From Variovorax paradoxus (GTDB lineage Bacteria > Pseudomonadota > Alphaproteobacteria > Rhodobacterales > Rhodobacteraceae): a DNA stretch of 64,000 nucleotides. The stretch lies in assembly GCA_943370085.1 (NCBI GenBank), contig CALRPT020000014.1, forward strand, positions 20,857 to 84,856, written 5' to 3'. The translations under genes were made by a program, and so were the position numbers. Of the stretch, positions 10,329 to 19,865 are shown in pieces; within the stretch, counting starts at the first letter, position 1, and every line of letters begins with the position of its first letter. Under the pieces are notes generated by a model, which saw nothing but the letters and a program-made list of their open reading frames with translations, was not told the origin of the DNA and did not search any database.

Positions 10329-11852
10329 TCAGCGGGTCTTCACCCAATTCGCCCGCGTGCGCCCGATGCGCATGACGACCGACTTGATCTCCATGAATTC
10401 TTCCAGCCCATAGCGCCCGATCTCGCGCCCCTGACCGGATTGCTTGACGCCCCCGAAGGCCACTTCGGGGAAGCCGTCCATCCAGGTGTTGGTCCAGACG
10501 GTGCCCGCCTGCACCCCGCGGGCAAAGCTCAGGCAGGTATGGACGTTCTCGCTCCAGACCCCCGCCGACAGGCCGTAATCGGCATCGTTGCACAGCGCGA
10601 TGGCCTCCTCCGCCGTGCGGAAGGTCAGCACCGTCAGCACCGGCCCAAAGACCTCGTCCCGCGCGATGGCCATGTCGGGCGTCACATCCGTGACCACCGT
10701 AGGCCGATAAAACTGCGCGCCCAGACCCGGCACCTCCAGCGGCCCGCCACCCAGCACCACCCGCGCGCCCGCGGCCTTGGCCGCCTGCACATAGCGATCG
10801 ATCTTGGCGCCATGTTCCGGCGTCACGATGGCCCCCACCTGCGTGTTCGGGTCCAGCGGATCACCAAAGGTCACATGGCGCGACAGCTCCACCACCCGCG
10901 CGGTGAAAGCCTCGGCTATATCCTCATGCACGATGATCCGGCTGCCCGAATTGCAGCACTGGCCCACGTTGAAATAGACCCCGAACACCACCGCATCCGC
11001 CGCACTCTCCAGATCGGCATCGGGAAAGATCACCTGCGGGTTCTTCCCCCCCAGCTCCAACGCCACCTTCTTCAGATTGTCCGCCGCGATCCGGCTGATC
11101 GTCTTGCCCACGGCGGTCGACCCGGTGAAGGTTACCATGTCCACGCGCGCATCCGCCGCCAGAACCGCCCCTACCGGTTGCCCATAGCCCAGCACGATGT
11201 TGACCACGCCTTCCGGCAACCCCGCCTGATCCAGCAGTTCCGCCAGCATCGCGGTTGTCGACGGTGTCATTTCCGACGGCTTCACCACACAGGTGCAGCC
11301 CGCCGCCAAAGCAAACGGCAGCTTCTGGCTCAGGATCCAGAACGGAAAATTCCACGGCGTGATGACCGACACCACCCCGATGGGCTCTTTCAACACCGTG
11401 GCCAGCATGTCCGGCCCTAGCCCGTTGAAACTGTCGCCCTCCACCGTCCGCGCCAGCGCCGCCGCATAGCGCCACAGGTCCGCCGCTCCCCCAACCTCGC
11501 CCCGCGCCTGCGCGATGGGCTTGCCCGATTCCAGCGTCTCGATCACTGCGAACCGCTCGACATTCGCTTCGATCAGGTCCGCCACCCGCAACAGCACCGC
11601 CGCCCGCGCCTTGGCCGCCAGCCGCGACCAGCGCCCGTCGTCAAAGGCCGCCCGCGCCGCCGCGATGGCAGCCCGCGCCTCGGCCTCGGTCCCCTTGGCC
11701 GACCGGCTCACCACCACGCCATGCGACGGCGACACCCGCTCGGACTGCTCTGCGCTGTCCAGCCACGCCCCGCTGATCCAGTGCCGGTTCACACGCACCT
11801 CGGGAAGGGTCGCACCACTGCGGGGGATCAGGGTCATCTCAGTCATAGTCAT
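10329..11852 (-). CDS. NAD(P)-dependent aldehyde dehydrogenase
   Basis: Motifs ELGGKNP and GQCCNSGSR (catalytic Cys), 507 aa. Confidence 0.9.
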   Translation of the reverse strand: MTMTEMTLIPRSGATLPEVRVNRHWISGAWLDSAEQSERVSPSHGVVVSRSAKGTEAEARAAIAAARAAFDDGRWSRLAAKARAAVLLRVADLIEANVERFAVIETLESGKPIAQARGEVGGAADLWRYAAALARTVEGDSFNGLGPDMLATVLKEPIGVVSVITPWNFPFWILSQKLPFALAAGCTCVVKPSEMTPSTTAMLAELLDQAGLPEGVVNIVLGYGQPVGAVLAADARVDMVTFTGSTAVGKTISRIAADNLKKVALELGGKNPQVIFPDADLESAADAVVFGVYFNVGQCCNSGSRIIVHEDIAEAFTARVVELSRHVTFGDPLDPNTQVGAIVTPEHGAKIDRYVQAAKAAGARVVLGGGPLEVPGLGAQFYRPTVVTDVTPDMAIARDEVFGPVLTVLTFRTAEEAIALCNDADYGLSAGVWSENVHTCLSFARGVQAGTVWTNTWMDGFPEVAFGGVKQSGQGREIGRYGLEEFMEIKSVVMRIGRTRANWVKTR

Positions 11853-12616
11853 GTTCCCGGAAATTCGGCTTTGCGCTTGGCGCGGAAGGCGGCAACACCC
11901 TCGTCACGGTCGGCGCTGGCGGAAATGGCGGCGCTGCCCAGCGCCTCGATCAGGGCGGCGCTGTCCTCGCCCGCCCCGGCATGGATCATGGATTTGGTGA
12001 TCTCCACCGCCCGTGGCGAAAGCTCGACAACCTTGCCGGCAATCGCCTCGGCCACGGCCCGCGCATCCTCGGCCACCTCGGCGGCGAAGCCCATCGCATA
12101 GGCCCGCTCCGCCGTGATGCGCCGCCCAAACAGCGCCATCTCCTTGACGACGCTTTCCGGCAGCAGCCGGGCCAGCCGTTGGGAGCCCGACCAGCCCGGC
12201 ACGATGCCCACCTGCGCCTCGGGCAGCGCCAGCGTGGCCTTTGGACCCATCACGCGGATATCGCAGGCCGCCGCCAGTTCCAGCCCGCCGCCAAAGGCAT
12301 GCGCCTGCACCACCGCTATCGTCGGCCGCGCCAGCCGCGCCAAGCGGTCAAATATGCGATGCCCGCCCCGCACCCAATGCCGCGCGAACTCGGCGGGCGT
12401 CAGATCGCCCCAACCGTTGATATCGGCCCCCGCGCAAAAGGCCTTTGCCTCTGCCGCCGTGACCAGAACACAGGCGATATCCGCACTGCGCTCGATCGTG
12501 TCCAGATGCCCGGCCAACTGGCCCAGCATGTCGACCGTAAAGGCATTCAGCTTCGCCGGATTGTCCAGCCGCAGTTCAGCGATGCGCCCGTTGATGTTGA
12601 AATGCACGCGGCTCAT
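11849..12616 (-). CDS. Enoyl-CoA hydratase/isomerase (crotonase) family protein
   Basis: MSRVHFNINGRIAELRLDNPAKLNAF...FCAGADI...GGGLELAAACD. The track ORF is over-extended. The ATG at 12616 overlaps the stop of the CoA-transferase gene (ATGA). Confidence 0.85.
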   Translation of the reverse strand: MSRVHFNINGRIAELRLDNPAKLNAFTVDMLGQLAGHLDTIERSADIACVLVTAAEAKAFCAGADINGWGDLTPAEFARHWVRGGHRIFDRLARLARPTIAVVQAHAFGGGLELAAACDIRVMGPKATLALPEAQVGIVPGWSGSQRLARLLPESVVKEMALFGRRITAERAYAMGFAAEVAEDARAVAEAIAGKVVELSPRAVEITKSMIHAGAGEDSAALIEALGSAAISASADRDEGVAAFRAKRKAEFPGT

Positions 12617-14184
12617 GGCGCCCACCCCATCGGGGCCTCCGACAGCAGCGCCTTGGGCAGCACGGTCGCGTTCTCGGCCACCCGCACCCGCCCTTGGCTT
12701 GCCGCCACGATGTCGCGCGCCGGGTTGATCCCCGGCATGATCTCGGTCGCGACCAGCCCGTCCTCGGCAAGCCGCATCACGCAGCGTTCGGTAACGTAAA
12801 GGACGTCCTGCCCCGTCTCCCGCGCCCGCGCGCCGGAAAAGGTGACATGCTCCACCGCCTGCACCATCTTGGTGAACTTGCCGGGCTTTTCGACGGTGAT
12901 GCCGTCCGGCGTCAACGCAATCTGCGCCCCCGCCTCGAACCAGCCGGAAAAGACGATCTTCTTCGCATGGGCCGTAATGTCCACGAACCCCCCGCAACCC
13001 GCGGTCAGATAGGGTTTCTTCCCCAGCTTCGAGACATTGACGTTCCCCTCCACATCCACCTCAAGAAAGGACAGGAAAGACAGATCGAACCCCGCCCCCT
13101 GAAAGTAGATGAACTGCTGCGGCGAGGGCACATAGGCATCGGCATTCGACGCGCAGCCAAAGGCAAATCCGGTCAACGGCATCCCCCCCACCGCGCCCTG
13201 CTCAATGGCCCAAGTCACCGCCTCCGGATGGCCCTCCTCCAGCAGGATGCGTGGCACCATGGCCGAGATGCCAAAGCCCAGATTGGCCGTCATACCCGCG
13301 CGCAGCTCCATCGCCGCGCGGCGGGCGATCACCTTCTCCACCCCGTGCTCGGCCAGCGCAAAACTGGACCAGGGCCGCATCACCTGCCCCGAAATCGCCG
13401 GATCATAGGGCGTCTCGCAGGTCTGTTTCTGCTCGGCATCCACCACGATCAGATCGACCAGATGCCCCGGCACCCGCACGTCATGCGGGCGCAAAGACCC
13501 CCGCGCCGTCACGCGAGCGACCTGCGCGATCACCAGCCCACCGTGATTGCGCACGCAAATCGCCTGTTCCAGCCCGCCCAGATAGGCCCCTTCATGTTCA
13601 TAGGTCAGGTTGCCGTGTTCGTCGGCCGTGGTCGCCCGCAGAATGCAGACATCCGGCACGATGTTGGGGAAATGCAGCCACGTCTCAGCTGCGAATTCGA
13701 CGCGGGAAACGATGGGGGCCGCCGCCCCCCTTGCATTCATCGCGCAGCCCTCGCGCACAGGGTCCACGAAGGTCTGCAAACCCACCTTGGTCAGCACACC
13801 GGGCCGCCGCGCCGCCGCTTCGCGGTGCATGTCGAACAGGATGCCCGACGGCACGTTATAGGCCGGTATCCGATCCTCGGTGACCATCTTCCAGATCTCG
13901 GGCATCGGCAGGTTCGACGACCCCGATGGATAGGACCCCGCGATCACCCGCGCCAACAACCCGTCCTGCGCGATGTGGTCGATCCCCTTCACGCCATACA
14001 TATCACCCGCCGCGATCGGGTGGATCGAGGTCAGGTCGCGCGGGTGGCCTTCAGCCCGAAACCGCGCGCCAATGGCTTCCAGCACTTTGTCCGGGCAGCC
14101 GAGCGATGAGGAGGATGACACCGTGACCACCGCACCGTCACGGATGCGCAGGGCGGCTTCAACCGGCGAGACAACCTTAGACAT
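12613..14184 (-). CDS. Acyl-CoA:acetate/3-ketoacid CoA-transferase (family I, YdiF/Pct-like, fused subunits)
   Basis: MSKVVSPVEAALRIRDGAVVTVSSSS... The track ORF is over-extended to 14478. My start is the ATG at 14184. Confidence 0.75.
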   Translation of the reverse strand: MSKVVSPVEAALRIRDGAVVTVSSSSSLGCPDKVLEAIGARFRAEGHPRDLTSIHPIAAGDMYGVKGIDHIAQDGLLARVIAGSYPSGSSNLPMPEIWKMVTEDRIPAYNVPSGILFDMHREAAARRPGVLTKVGLQTFVDPVREGCAMNARGAAAPIVSRVEFAAETWLHFPNIVPDVCILRATTADEHGNLTYEHEGAYLGGLEQAICVRNHGGLVIAQVARVTARGSLRPHDVRVPGHLVDLIVVDAEQKQTCETPYDPAISGQVMRPWSSFALAEHGVEKVIARRAAMELRAGMTANLGFGISAMVPRILLEEGHPEAVTWAIEQGAVGGMPLTGFAFGCASNADAYVPSPQQFIYFQGAGFDLSFLSFLEVDVEGNVNVSKLGKKPYLTAGCGGFVDITAHAKKIVFSGWFEAGAQIALTPDGITVEKPGKFTKMVQAVEHVTFSGARARETGQDVLYVTERCVMRLAEDGLVATEIMPGINPARDIVAASQGRVRVAENATVLPKALLSEAPMGWAP

Positions 14185-14270
14185 CGTGCCGCACCCCCCC
14201 TGCAGGCAAACCCCATCCGGCGGCGCAAAGCAGTGACCGCGCGCCGGAAAGACGACCGAATCTGAAATCG

Positions 14271-14299
14271 GATCGTTCCAAAACGTTATTGGAACGATC
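14271..14299. promoter_or_regulatory. Candidate operator: GATCGTTCCAA-N7-TTGGAACGATC
   Basis: Perfect 11-bp inverted arms in the AT-richer 172-bp gap, 87-115 nt upstream of the CoA-transferase start. The centre AAACGTTAT resembles a LacI-type CG core. Confidence 0.55.
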
Positions 14300-14356
14300 C
14301 ATATCCTGTCAATCAGATATAACGCTGCCCCCGAAGCAAGGATCGCAAAACAGGTG

Positions 14357-15304
14357 TCAGCTGCGCGGGACAGGCGCGCGCAGCGCCGCCACCGCCTCTT
14401 TCGAGGCGCGCGCCCCGTGATGCGCCAGAACAGCCGCAGCCATCCCCTGCCCCGCAGCAACACATCGCGCCACGTCATCGCCCGTCAGCCGTGCCACAAG
14501 GTATCCGGCATTGAACGCATCCCCTGCCCCGGTCGTGTCGAGGATATTCGTCAGCGGCGGCGTCGCGAAGACCTCGGTCGCCCCACCATCCCAGATCGTC
14601 ACCGGACCGGCACCGTCCTTCACCACGATCTCTGCCACGCCAAGACCGGCCATCCTTGCCAGCACAGCCTCGGCATCCAGATCTCCGAAATGCGCCCGTT
14701 CATCGTCAAGGCTGGGCAGTGCAATGTCGCAACCGGACAGCATGCGCGTGATCGTCTCCTGCATTTCGGCACGCGATGCCCACAGGCGCGGCCGGATATT
14801 GGGATCAAAGGACACGACACCACCCCCCGCGCGGAACGCGGCAAGAACCGCAAACAGCGTCTCGCGCGCAGCGGCAGGCAGGATGGCCAACGTGATCCCT
14901 GACAGATGCGCCAGCCCGACGCCGTCCAGCGCGCGCGCAAGCACCGCCCCATCATCCGCCAGATGCCGCGCGGCAGAGCTTTCGCGCCAGTAGTGAAAAC
15001 TGCGCTCCACCCCATCAAGCTGAATCATATACAGCCCCATATGGCGCAACGGATCGCGCGATATCCCCGAAAGGATCATCCCATCCGCCGCCATTTCGGC
15101 GACAAAGGCCTCCGACAGCGCATCCTGCCCCACGCGGGTGATCATCCCAACCTCGGCCGCAGCACCCAGCCATTGCGCCATATGCCAGGCCGTGTTGAAC
15201 GTATCCCCCGCAAAGCCACGGCGGTACTGTCCCGCCCCGACAGGTGCCATTTCCACCATCGCCTCGCCGATGGCCCGGACCGACCGTCGCGGGATGGGCA
15301 CCAT
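14357..15304 (-). CDS. PfkB family sugar kinase (2-dehydro-3-deoxygluconokinase-like)
   Basis: AIGEAMVEMAP...GDTFNTAW...DTTGAGDAFNAGYL. The GTGATG start region overlaps the stop of the upstream gene. Confidence 0.8.
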   Translation of the reverse strand: MVPIPRRSVRAIGEAMVEMAPVGAGQYRRGFAGDTFNTAWHMAQWLGAAAEVGMITRVGQDALSEAFVAEMAADGMILSGISRDPLRHMGLYMIQLDGVERSFHYWRESSAARHLADDGAVLARALDGVGLAHLSGITLAILPAAARETLFAVLAAFRAGGGVVSFDPNIRPRLWASRAEMQETITRMLSGCDIALPSLDDERAHFGDLDAEAVLARMAGLGVAEIVVKDGAGPVTIWDGGATEVFATPPLTNILDTTGAGDAFNAGYLVARLTGDDVARCVAAGQGMAAAVLAHHGARASKEAVAALRAPVPRS

Positions 15305-17370
15305 CACGTCCCCCCACCCTGCCTATAGATTGCGCCCGTCAGCCATGCAGGCCAGTCGCGCTCAAAGAAGGGCCGCGCGCTCTGATCGATGGGCCGTATC
15401 GCCCGCTCGGCAATGCAAAAGCCCCCGTCGCGGTGACAGATGACGATCTGCCGTGCGCGATCCACCGTGCGCTCAGCGCGGAAGCGCACCCCCTCCAGCG
15501 GGCCCTGCGCCGACATCGGCACGCCTTCGCCCTGCGGATCAAGGATCGCCCTCGCACCCCGGCTTCCGCCGCCGCTGCCGATGTAATGGTCCAGCGCCGC
15601 CAGCACCGCCTCAGAGGCAAGCGCCATCTGCCGCCACTGCACAGCGCGGGCCGCCTCGGACGGGCGGGCGATGGCGATCCCCTCGCGCCCGATCCGGTCG
15701 TTCAGTGCCCGCGCAGCCTGCAAGGCATCGTGAACGGTGGCTGCGTCACACAGAATACCGGCAGCATCGCTCATCCGGGCCTGCACCTCATCACGCACGG
15801 CATCAACCGTGGGTGCACCCTGCACCCCAACCACCGAAAGGATTTCCGAAAGGGCCGCATCCGCGCAGCGCTCCGGTTCGGCGGCCTCATGCCCTGTCAG
15901 GCTGGCCGCGATATGTTCGGCGGCCCGCGTGCCAAAGACCTGCCCCGCGTTCAGCGCCGCCCCGCCGGGCCGGGTGACACCGTGGGTGCCAGCCGCCTCA
16001 CCCACCGCATAAATCGCGGGATGCGAACTGCGGCCCCAGATATCCACCGCCACCCCGCCATTCATGTGTTGGTTGTTCACGGCAAATTCCAGCGGTTCTG
16101 TCGCGATGTCGATCTTGTAGCGGCGGTAAAGCTCGATCGACAAAGGGTTCATGTGGCGCAGCCGGTCGATGGGCAGCGCCTGCACCGCCCCCGCCGCCCC
16201 CAGATAGGCCCGCACATCCGCGTCCAACCGGTCAAGGCTGAACCCCTCATCCCCTGCCAGTGCAAGCGGATTGCGGTTGAAATCCATGAACACCCGCCGC
16301 CCCGCCGCCGTTTCCCGCGCAATCGCCAGATCAACAAGGCTGGACCCGAAATCGAGCATCCGCGTCGCATGGAAGGGCCACTGATACCCTTTGCGAAAGA
16401 TGTTCGAGGCAAGCTCCTGTGTCGTGCGGTAAAAACCTGACAGGAAATGATGTTCCCGCCCCTCCGCATCGACCGAATAGATATGCGGCATCGCCTGCAC
16501 ATAGGTGCCCGACAGGTTCCACGGAAAACCCTCGCGGCGGGTGCCGATCCCGAACTGGCTTTCCGTCAGGTTCACCAGATCCAGCCCCGCCTCCACCGCC
16601 AGCCCCAGGGTGCCGAAACAGCCGTTGGGATAGACGCTGTCACGGTACAACTCACCGGGGCCGCCACCCGCCAACACGCCGACCTTGGCCGCGAACAGGC
16701 ACAGGCCATAGGGATTGTCGTCACTCCGCGCCTGCGGGCGCGCGCAGATCGCGCCATGCAGGCGGTCGCCCTCAACCAGCAGCCGCAGCACGGTGGTCTG
16801 GTTGTGGATCGGCACGCCAAGGCGCAGCGCCTCTTCTGCCAGAACCCTGACCATCAGGCGCGAGGTGCGCGGTCCGCAACTGGTGGCGCGCCCCACCTCG
16901 TCATGGTCAGTCTGATAGCGCAGCGTGCCGCCCAGCCGATCCTGCGGCAGGGGCAGGCCAAGATATTGCAGCGATGCCATGGACCGCACCGATCCCACCG
17001 CCTCGATATAGGCGGTGTCGGCATCCATCGCCCCGCCCCCACCGATGGCCGCCGCCATGGCACGAAAATCATCACCCCGATCCGCCGTATTGGCGGTGTG
17101 GATGGTCTGCTTGTCCGATCCCGAACAGGCCGATGTCCCCCCCCAGGCGCTCTGGCTGGCCACGGCCACACCAACCCCGCGCCGCGACAACTCCACCGCG
17201 GCGCGCAGGCCCGCCGCCCCCGATCCGATCACCAGACACTCCGCACGGTAAAGCGGCAGGCGCAGCCCCCCCACTGCGATCCGTTCCGAACTGCCTCGGT
17301 CCGGCGGCAGGCGCGGCATCTCCACATCGGTCAGCGCATCAAGGATGGATTGCGGAACTTCAATCGGCAT
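15304..17370 (-). CDS. Large FAD-binding flavoprotein (fumarate reductase / succinate dehydrogenase / aspartate oxidase superfamily)
   Basis: CLVIGSGAAGLRAAVEL...WGGTSACSGSDKQ, 688 aa from the ATG at 17370 (MPIEVPQS). Confidence 0.7.
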   Translation of the reverse strand: MPIEVPQSILDALTDVEMPRLPPDRGSSERIAVGGLRLPLYRAECLVIGSGAAGLRAAVELSRRGVGVAVASQSAWGGTSACSGSDKQTIHTANTADRGDDFRAMAAAIGGGGAMDADTAYIEAVGSVRSMASLQYLGLPLPQDRLGGTLRYQTDHDEVGRATSCGPRTSRLMVRVLAEEALRLGVPIHNQTTVLRLLVEGDRLHGAICARPQARSDDNPYGLCLFAAKVGVLAGGGPGELYRDSVYPNGCFGTLGLAVEAGLDLVNLTESQFGIGTRREGFPWNLSGTYVQAMPHIYSVDAEGREHHFLSGFYRTTQELASNIFRKGYQWPFHATRMLDFGSSLVDLAIARETAAGRRVFMDFNRNPLALAGDEGFSLDRLDADVRAYLGAAGAVQALPIDRLRHMNPLSIELYRRYKIDIATEPLEFAVNNQHMNGGVAVDIWGRSSHPAIYAVGEAAGTHGVTRPGGAALNAGQVFGTRAAEHIAASLTGHEAAEPERCADAALSEILSVVGVQGAPTVDAVRDEVQARMSDAAGILCDAATVHDALQAARALNDRIGREGIAIARPSEAARAVQWRQMALASEAVLAALDHYIGSGGGSRGARAILDPQGEGVPMSAQGPLEGVRFRAERTVDRARQIVICHRDGGFCIAERAIRPIDQSARPFFERDWPAWLTGAIYRQGGGT

Positions 17371-17374
17371 CGCC

Positions 17375-18550
17375 TCACCCCGCCAAATCAAGATCGACCC
17401 AAGACCGGCGGCGCGAGCTTTCCATGCAGGCATCAACGATCTGGCAGATGTGGTGGCCCGTGTCGAAGGTCGGCCACATCGGGGTGTTGCGCGTGATTGA
17501 CCGGATCACCTCGGCGGCCTCGATAATCTTCGTCTCATTATAGCCCAACGCCAGGTTGGGCAGCGGCAGAAAGGCGCGATAGGTCGGATCTTCGGGGCCG
17601 ACGTCTATCGCACGGAACCCCCGCCGCCCCGCGCGATCTTCGTTCGTGTAAAAGCGCAGGCGGCTCACCTCGTCATAGTCATAGGCTATGCTGCCCTTGG
17701 TGCCATAGACCTCATAGGTCTGACGGAACTTCCGCCCGGTCGCCACCCGGCTGAAATCGACAATACCGCTCGCGCCATTCTCGAACCGGCACATCAGATG
17801 GGTGGCATCGGGATTGGTCACCTCGGCCCATTCCTCTGCCCCCGTCAGCGCCTCAGCACCAGAGCCGAGCGCAGACCCCGCAAGAACGGGCCGCCTCCGT
17901 GTGACGATCAGGTTGTCGGCGACTAGGCTTTTCACCCGTCCAACAAGAAACTCCATAAAGCTGAAAACATGCGACCCGGTATCGCCCACGATCCCCGTGG
18001 GCGCGAGCTTTCCGTCCGCACGCCACATGAAGGGGGCCAGCGGATCGCCGAACATATCGACATGCTGGCAACCCTTGAACAACCGCACCTCGCCGATCTC
18101 GCCCGAGGTGATGATGTCGCGCGCCAGATCATGCACCGGATTGCGCGGAAAGCCGTGGGCGACACGGGTGATCACCCCCTTCGCGCGGGCAAGATCGGCC
18201 AGTTCCTTCGCCTCGGCCGCCGTATCGGCAAGGGGCTTTTCGCAATAGACATGCTTTCCCGCCAGAAGCGCCGCCTTGGCCACGGGATAATGCAAATTGT
18301 CCGGCAGGCAGATGTCGATCAGATCAATGTCGGGATCGTTCACCGCATCGCGCCAGTCGGTCAGGATCCGCGCGCCCGGCGCGCGGGTGGCCAGCTCCGG
18401 GTCTGCGGCCGGATTATGCGCGACCAGCGCCGCAATCCGCGCCGTTCCATCCCCCGCACCCATGAACTGCGGGAAGGTCTGAAAGGCCATGGTATGGACC
18501 TTTCCCATCCAGCCAGAGGCCCCCAAGATCGCAACACGAACCTCTGGCAT
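17375..18550 (-). CDS. Gfo/Idh/MocA family oxidoreductase
   Basis: MPEVRVAILGASGWMGKVH...VYCEKPLA. The track ORF is extended to 18595 from a GTG. Confidence 0.85.
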   Translation of the reverse strand: MPEVRVAILGASGWMGKVHTMAFQTFPQFMGAGDGTARIAALVAHNPAADPELATRAPGARILTDWRDAVNDPDIDLIDICLPDNLHYPVAKAALLAGKHVYCEKPLADTAAEAKELADLARAKGVITRVAHGFPRNPVHDLARDIITSGEIGEVRLFKGCQHVDMFGDPLAPFMWRADGKLAPTGIVGDTGSHVFSFMEFLVGRVKSLVADNLIVTRRRPVLAGSALGSGAEALTGAEEWAEVTNPDATHLMCRFENGASGIVDFSRVATGRKFRQTYEVYGTKGSIAYDYDEVSRLRFYTNEDRAGRRGFRAIDVGPEDPTYRAFLPLPNLALGYNETKIIEAAEVIRSITRNTPMWPTFDTGHHICQIVDACMESSRRRSWVDLDLAG

Positions 18551-18564
18551 GGACTTTCTCCGGA

Positions 18565-18603
18565 CTATTGGAACCTTCCAAATTCCTACTGGCACGTTCC
18601 AAT
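18565..18603. promoter_or_regulatory. Cluster of TTGGAAC/GTTCCAA half-sites upstream of the Gfo/Idh/MocA operon
   Basis: TATTGGAACCTTCCAAAT, which contains the TTGGAA-CC-TTCCAA palindrome, followed by CGTTCCAAT. The octamer CGTTCCAA also occurs in the 14271 inverted repeat. Confidence 0.4.
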
Positions 18604-18872
18604 TTCGTCAACGGCCATTCTGCACAGGGGATGCACGGCTTGAACGGGTGTCGTGATGGGGCAAGGGTGGCCCATGATGACTGACGGGAAAAGATAGGGG
18701 CTTGCGGCAAGAAAAGCAGCGTCCCGGTCACATCGCCCGCATCATGTCGCTGCCCGTCCAAGGGCCACTCAGCGCGCCAGAGCCGTTCACACCGGGCCAA
18801 GAGCAGGTAGGGATTTACTCAGCGCCTGCTTCAGTCGATCCTTCACTCTGCCGCATCGAAAGGTATCGCACC

Positions 18873-19760
18873 ATGGACAAGCTTGCCACCATGCAGGCCT
18901 TTTGCCGGATCGTTGACCGTGGCAGCTTTGCCCGCGCGTCTGAAGATCTGGGTGTGTCCCCCGCGCTCCTCAGCCGCGAGGTGCGGCTCCTCGAAGACAG
19001 CCTCGGCACCACCCTCATCTCCCGGACGACTCGGCGGATGTCGCTAACCGAGGCAGGCCGTCTTTATTATCAGGAATCCATGACGATCCTCGATGCGGTA
19101 AACCGGGTCGAGGATCATATCCGCGATGGCGCGGGGGCCATGCGCGGCCATCTGAAGGTGAACGCGTCCAACTCCTTTGGCCAACTGGTCATCGCGCCCT
19201 TCCTCCCCGCTTTCACAACGGCCTTCCCGGATCTGCGCGTCACCCTTTCGCTCGATGACAGGATCATCGACATGGTCGAAGGCGGGTTCGACGTCTCCAT
19301 CCGCATCCGTTCCGCCCTGCGGGACTCCACCCTGATCGCCCGCAAGATCGGCACGGTTCAGCAAGGCATCTTTGCCGCCCCCGCCTATCTCAAATCGGCT
19401 GGCGTCCCAGATGGGCCTGACGCGATTTCGCGCCACAAGGTGCTTGGCTTTCTCCTGTCAGACCACCTCACGACATGGGACATGACCGGACCAGACGGCC
19501 CCTGCACCTTGACTGTCGACCCCGTGGTCAGGGTCGGCAGCAGCATCGTCCTGCGCGATCTGCTGATTGCCGGGGCGGGCATCGGCACACTGCCAAGCTT
19601 CGTGTCCGATGGTCCCGTCGCGCGGGGCGATCTCGTGCGCCTCCTGCCCGCCTACAGCTTTGCCCCGCGCGATATCTGCGCGGTCACGGCGGCGCGTCTG
19701 GGCATGGATGCGCGCGTTCTGGCCTTTCTCGACCATCTGAAGGCAGCCCTGCCGGACTGA
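18873..19760 (+). CDS. LysR family transcriptional regulator
   Basis: MDKLATMQAFCRIVDRGSFARASEDLGVSPALLSREVRLLEDSLG. The track ORF is over-extended at its 5' end. Confidence 0.85.
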   Translation: MDKLATMQAFCRIVDRGSFARASEDLGVSPALLSREVRLLEDSLGTTLISRTTRRMSLTEAGRLYYQESMTILDAVNRVEDHIRDGAGAMRGHLKVNASNSFGQLVIAPFLPAFTTAFPDLRVTLSLDDRIIDMVEGGFDVSIRIRSALRDSTLIARKIGTVQQGIFAAPAYLKSAGVPDGPDAISRHKVLGFLLSDHLTTWDMTGPDGPCTLTVDPVVRVGSSIVLRDLLIAGAGIGTLPSFVSDGPVARGDLVRLLPAYSFAPRDICAVTAARLGMDARVLAFLDHLKAALPD

Positions 19761-19865
19761 AATTCTTCAGCAGGCGTAAAGACTGAATTGCCCCCGGACC
19801 GATTACTCTAACCCGCCTGATCCCAGATCTTCACGGCATCGCAACCGCTGCCCCATGAGGATCAG

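Noticed and set aside
19761-19865. The TTCAG-N12-CTGAA inverted repeat between the LysR gene and wrbA, considered as a LysR box or terminator.
   Set aside because: The arms are only 5 bp, there is no U-tract, and there is no clear T-N11-A architecture. It is indistinguishable from chance.
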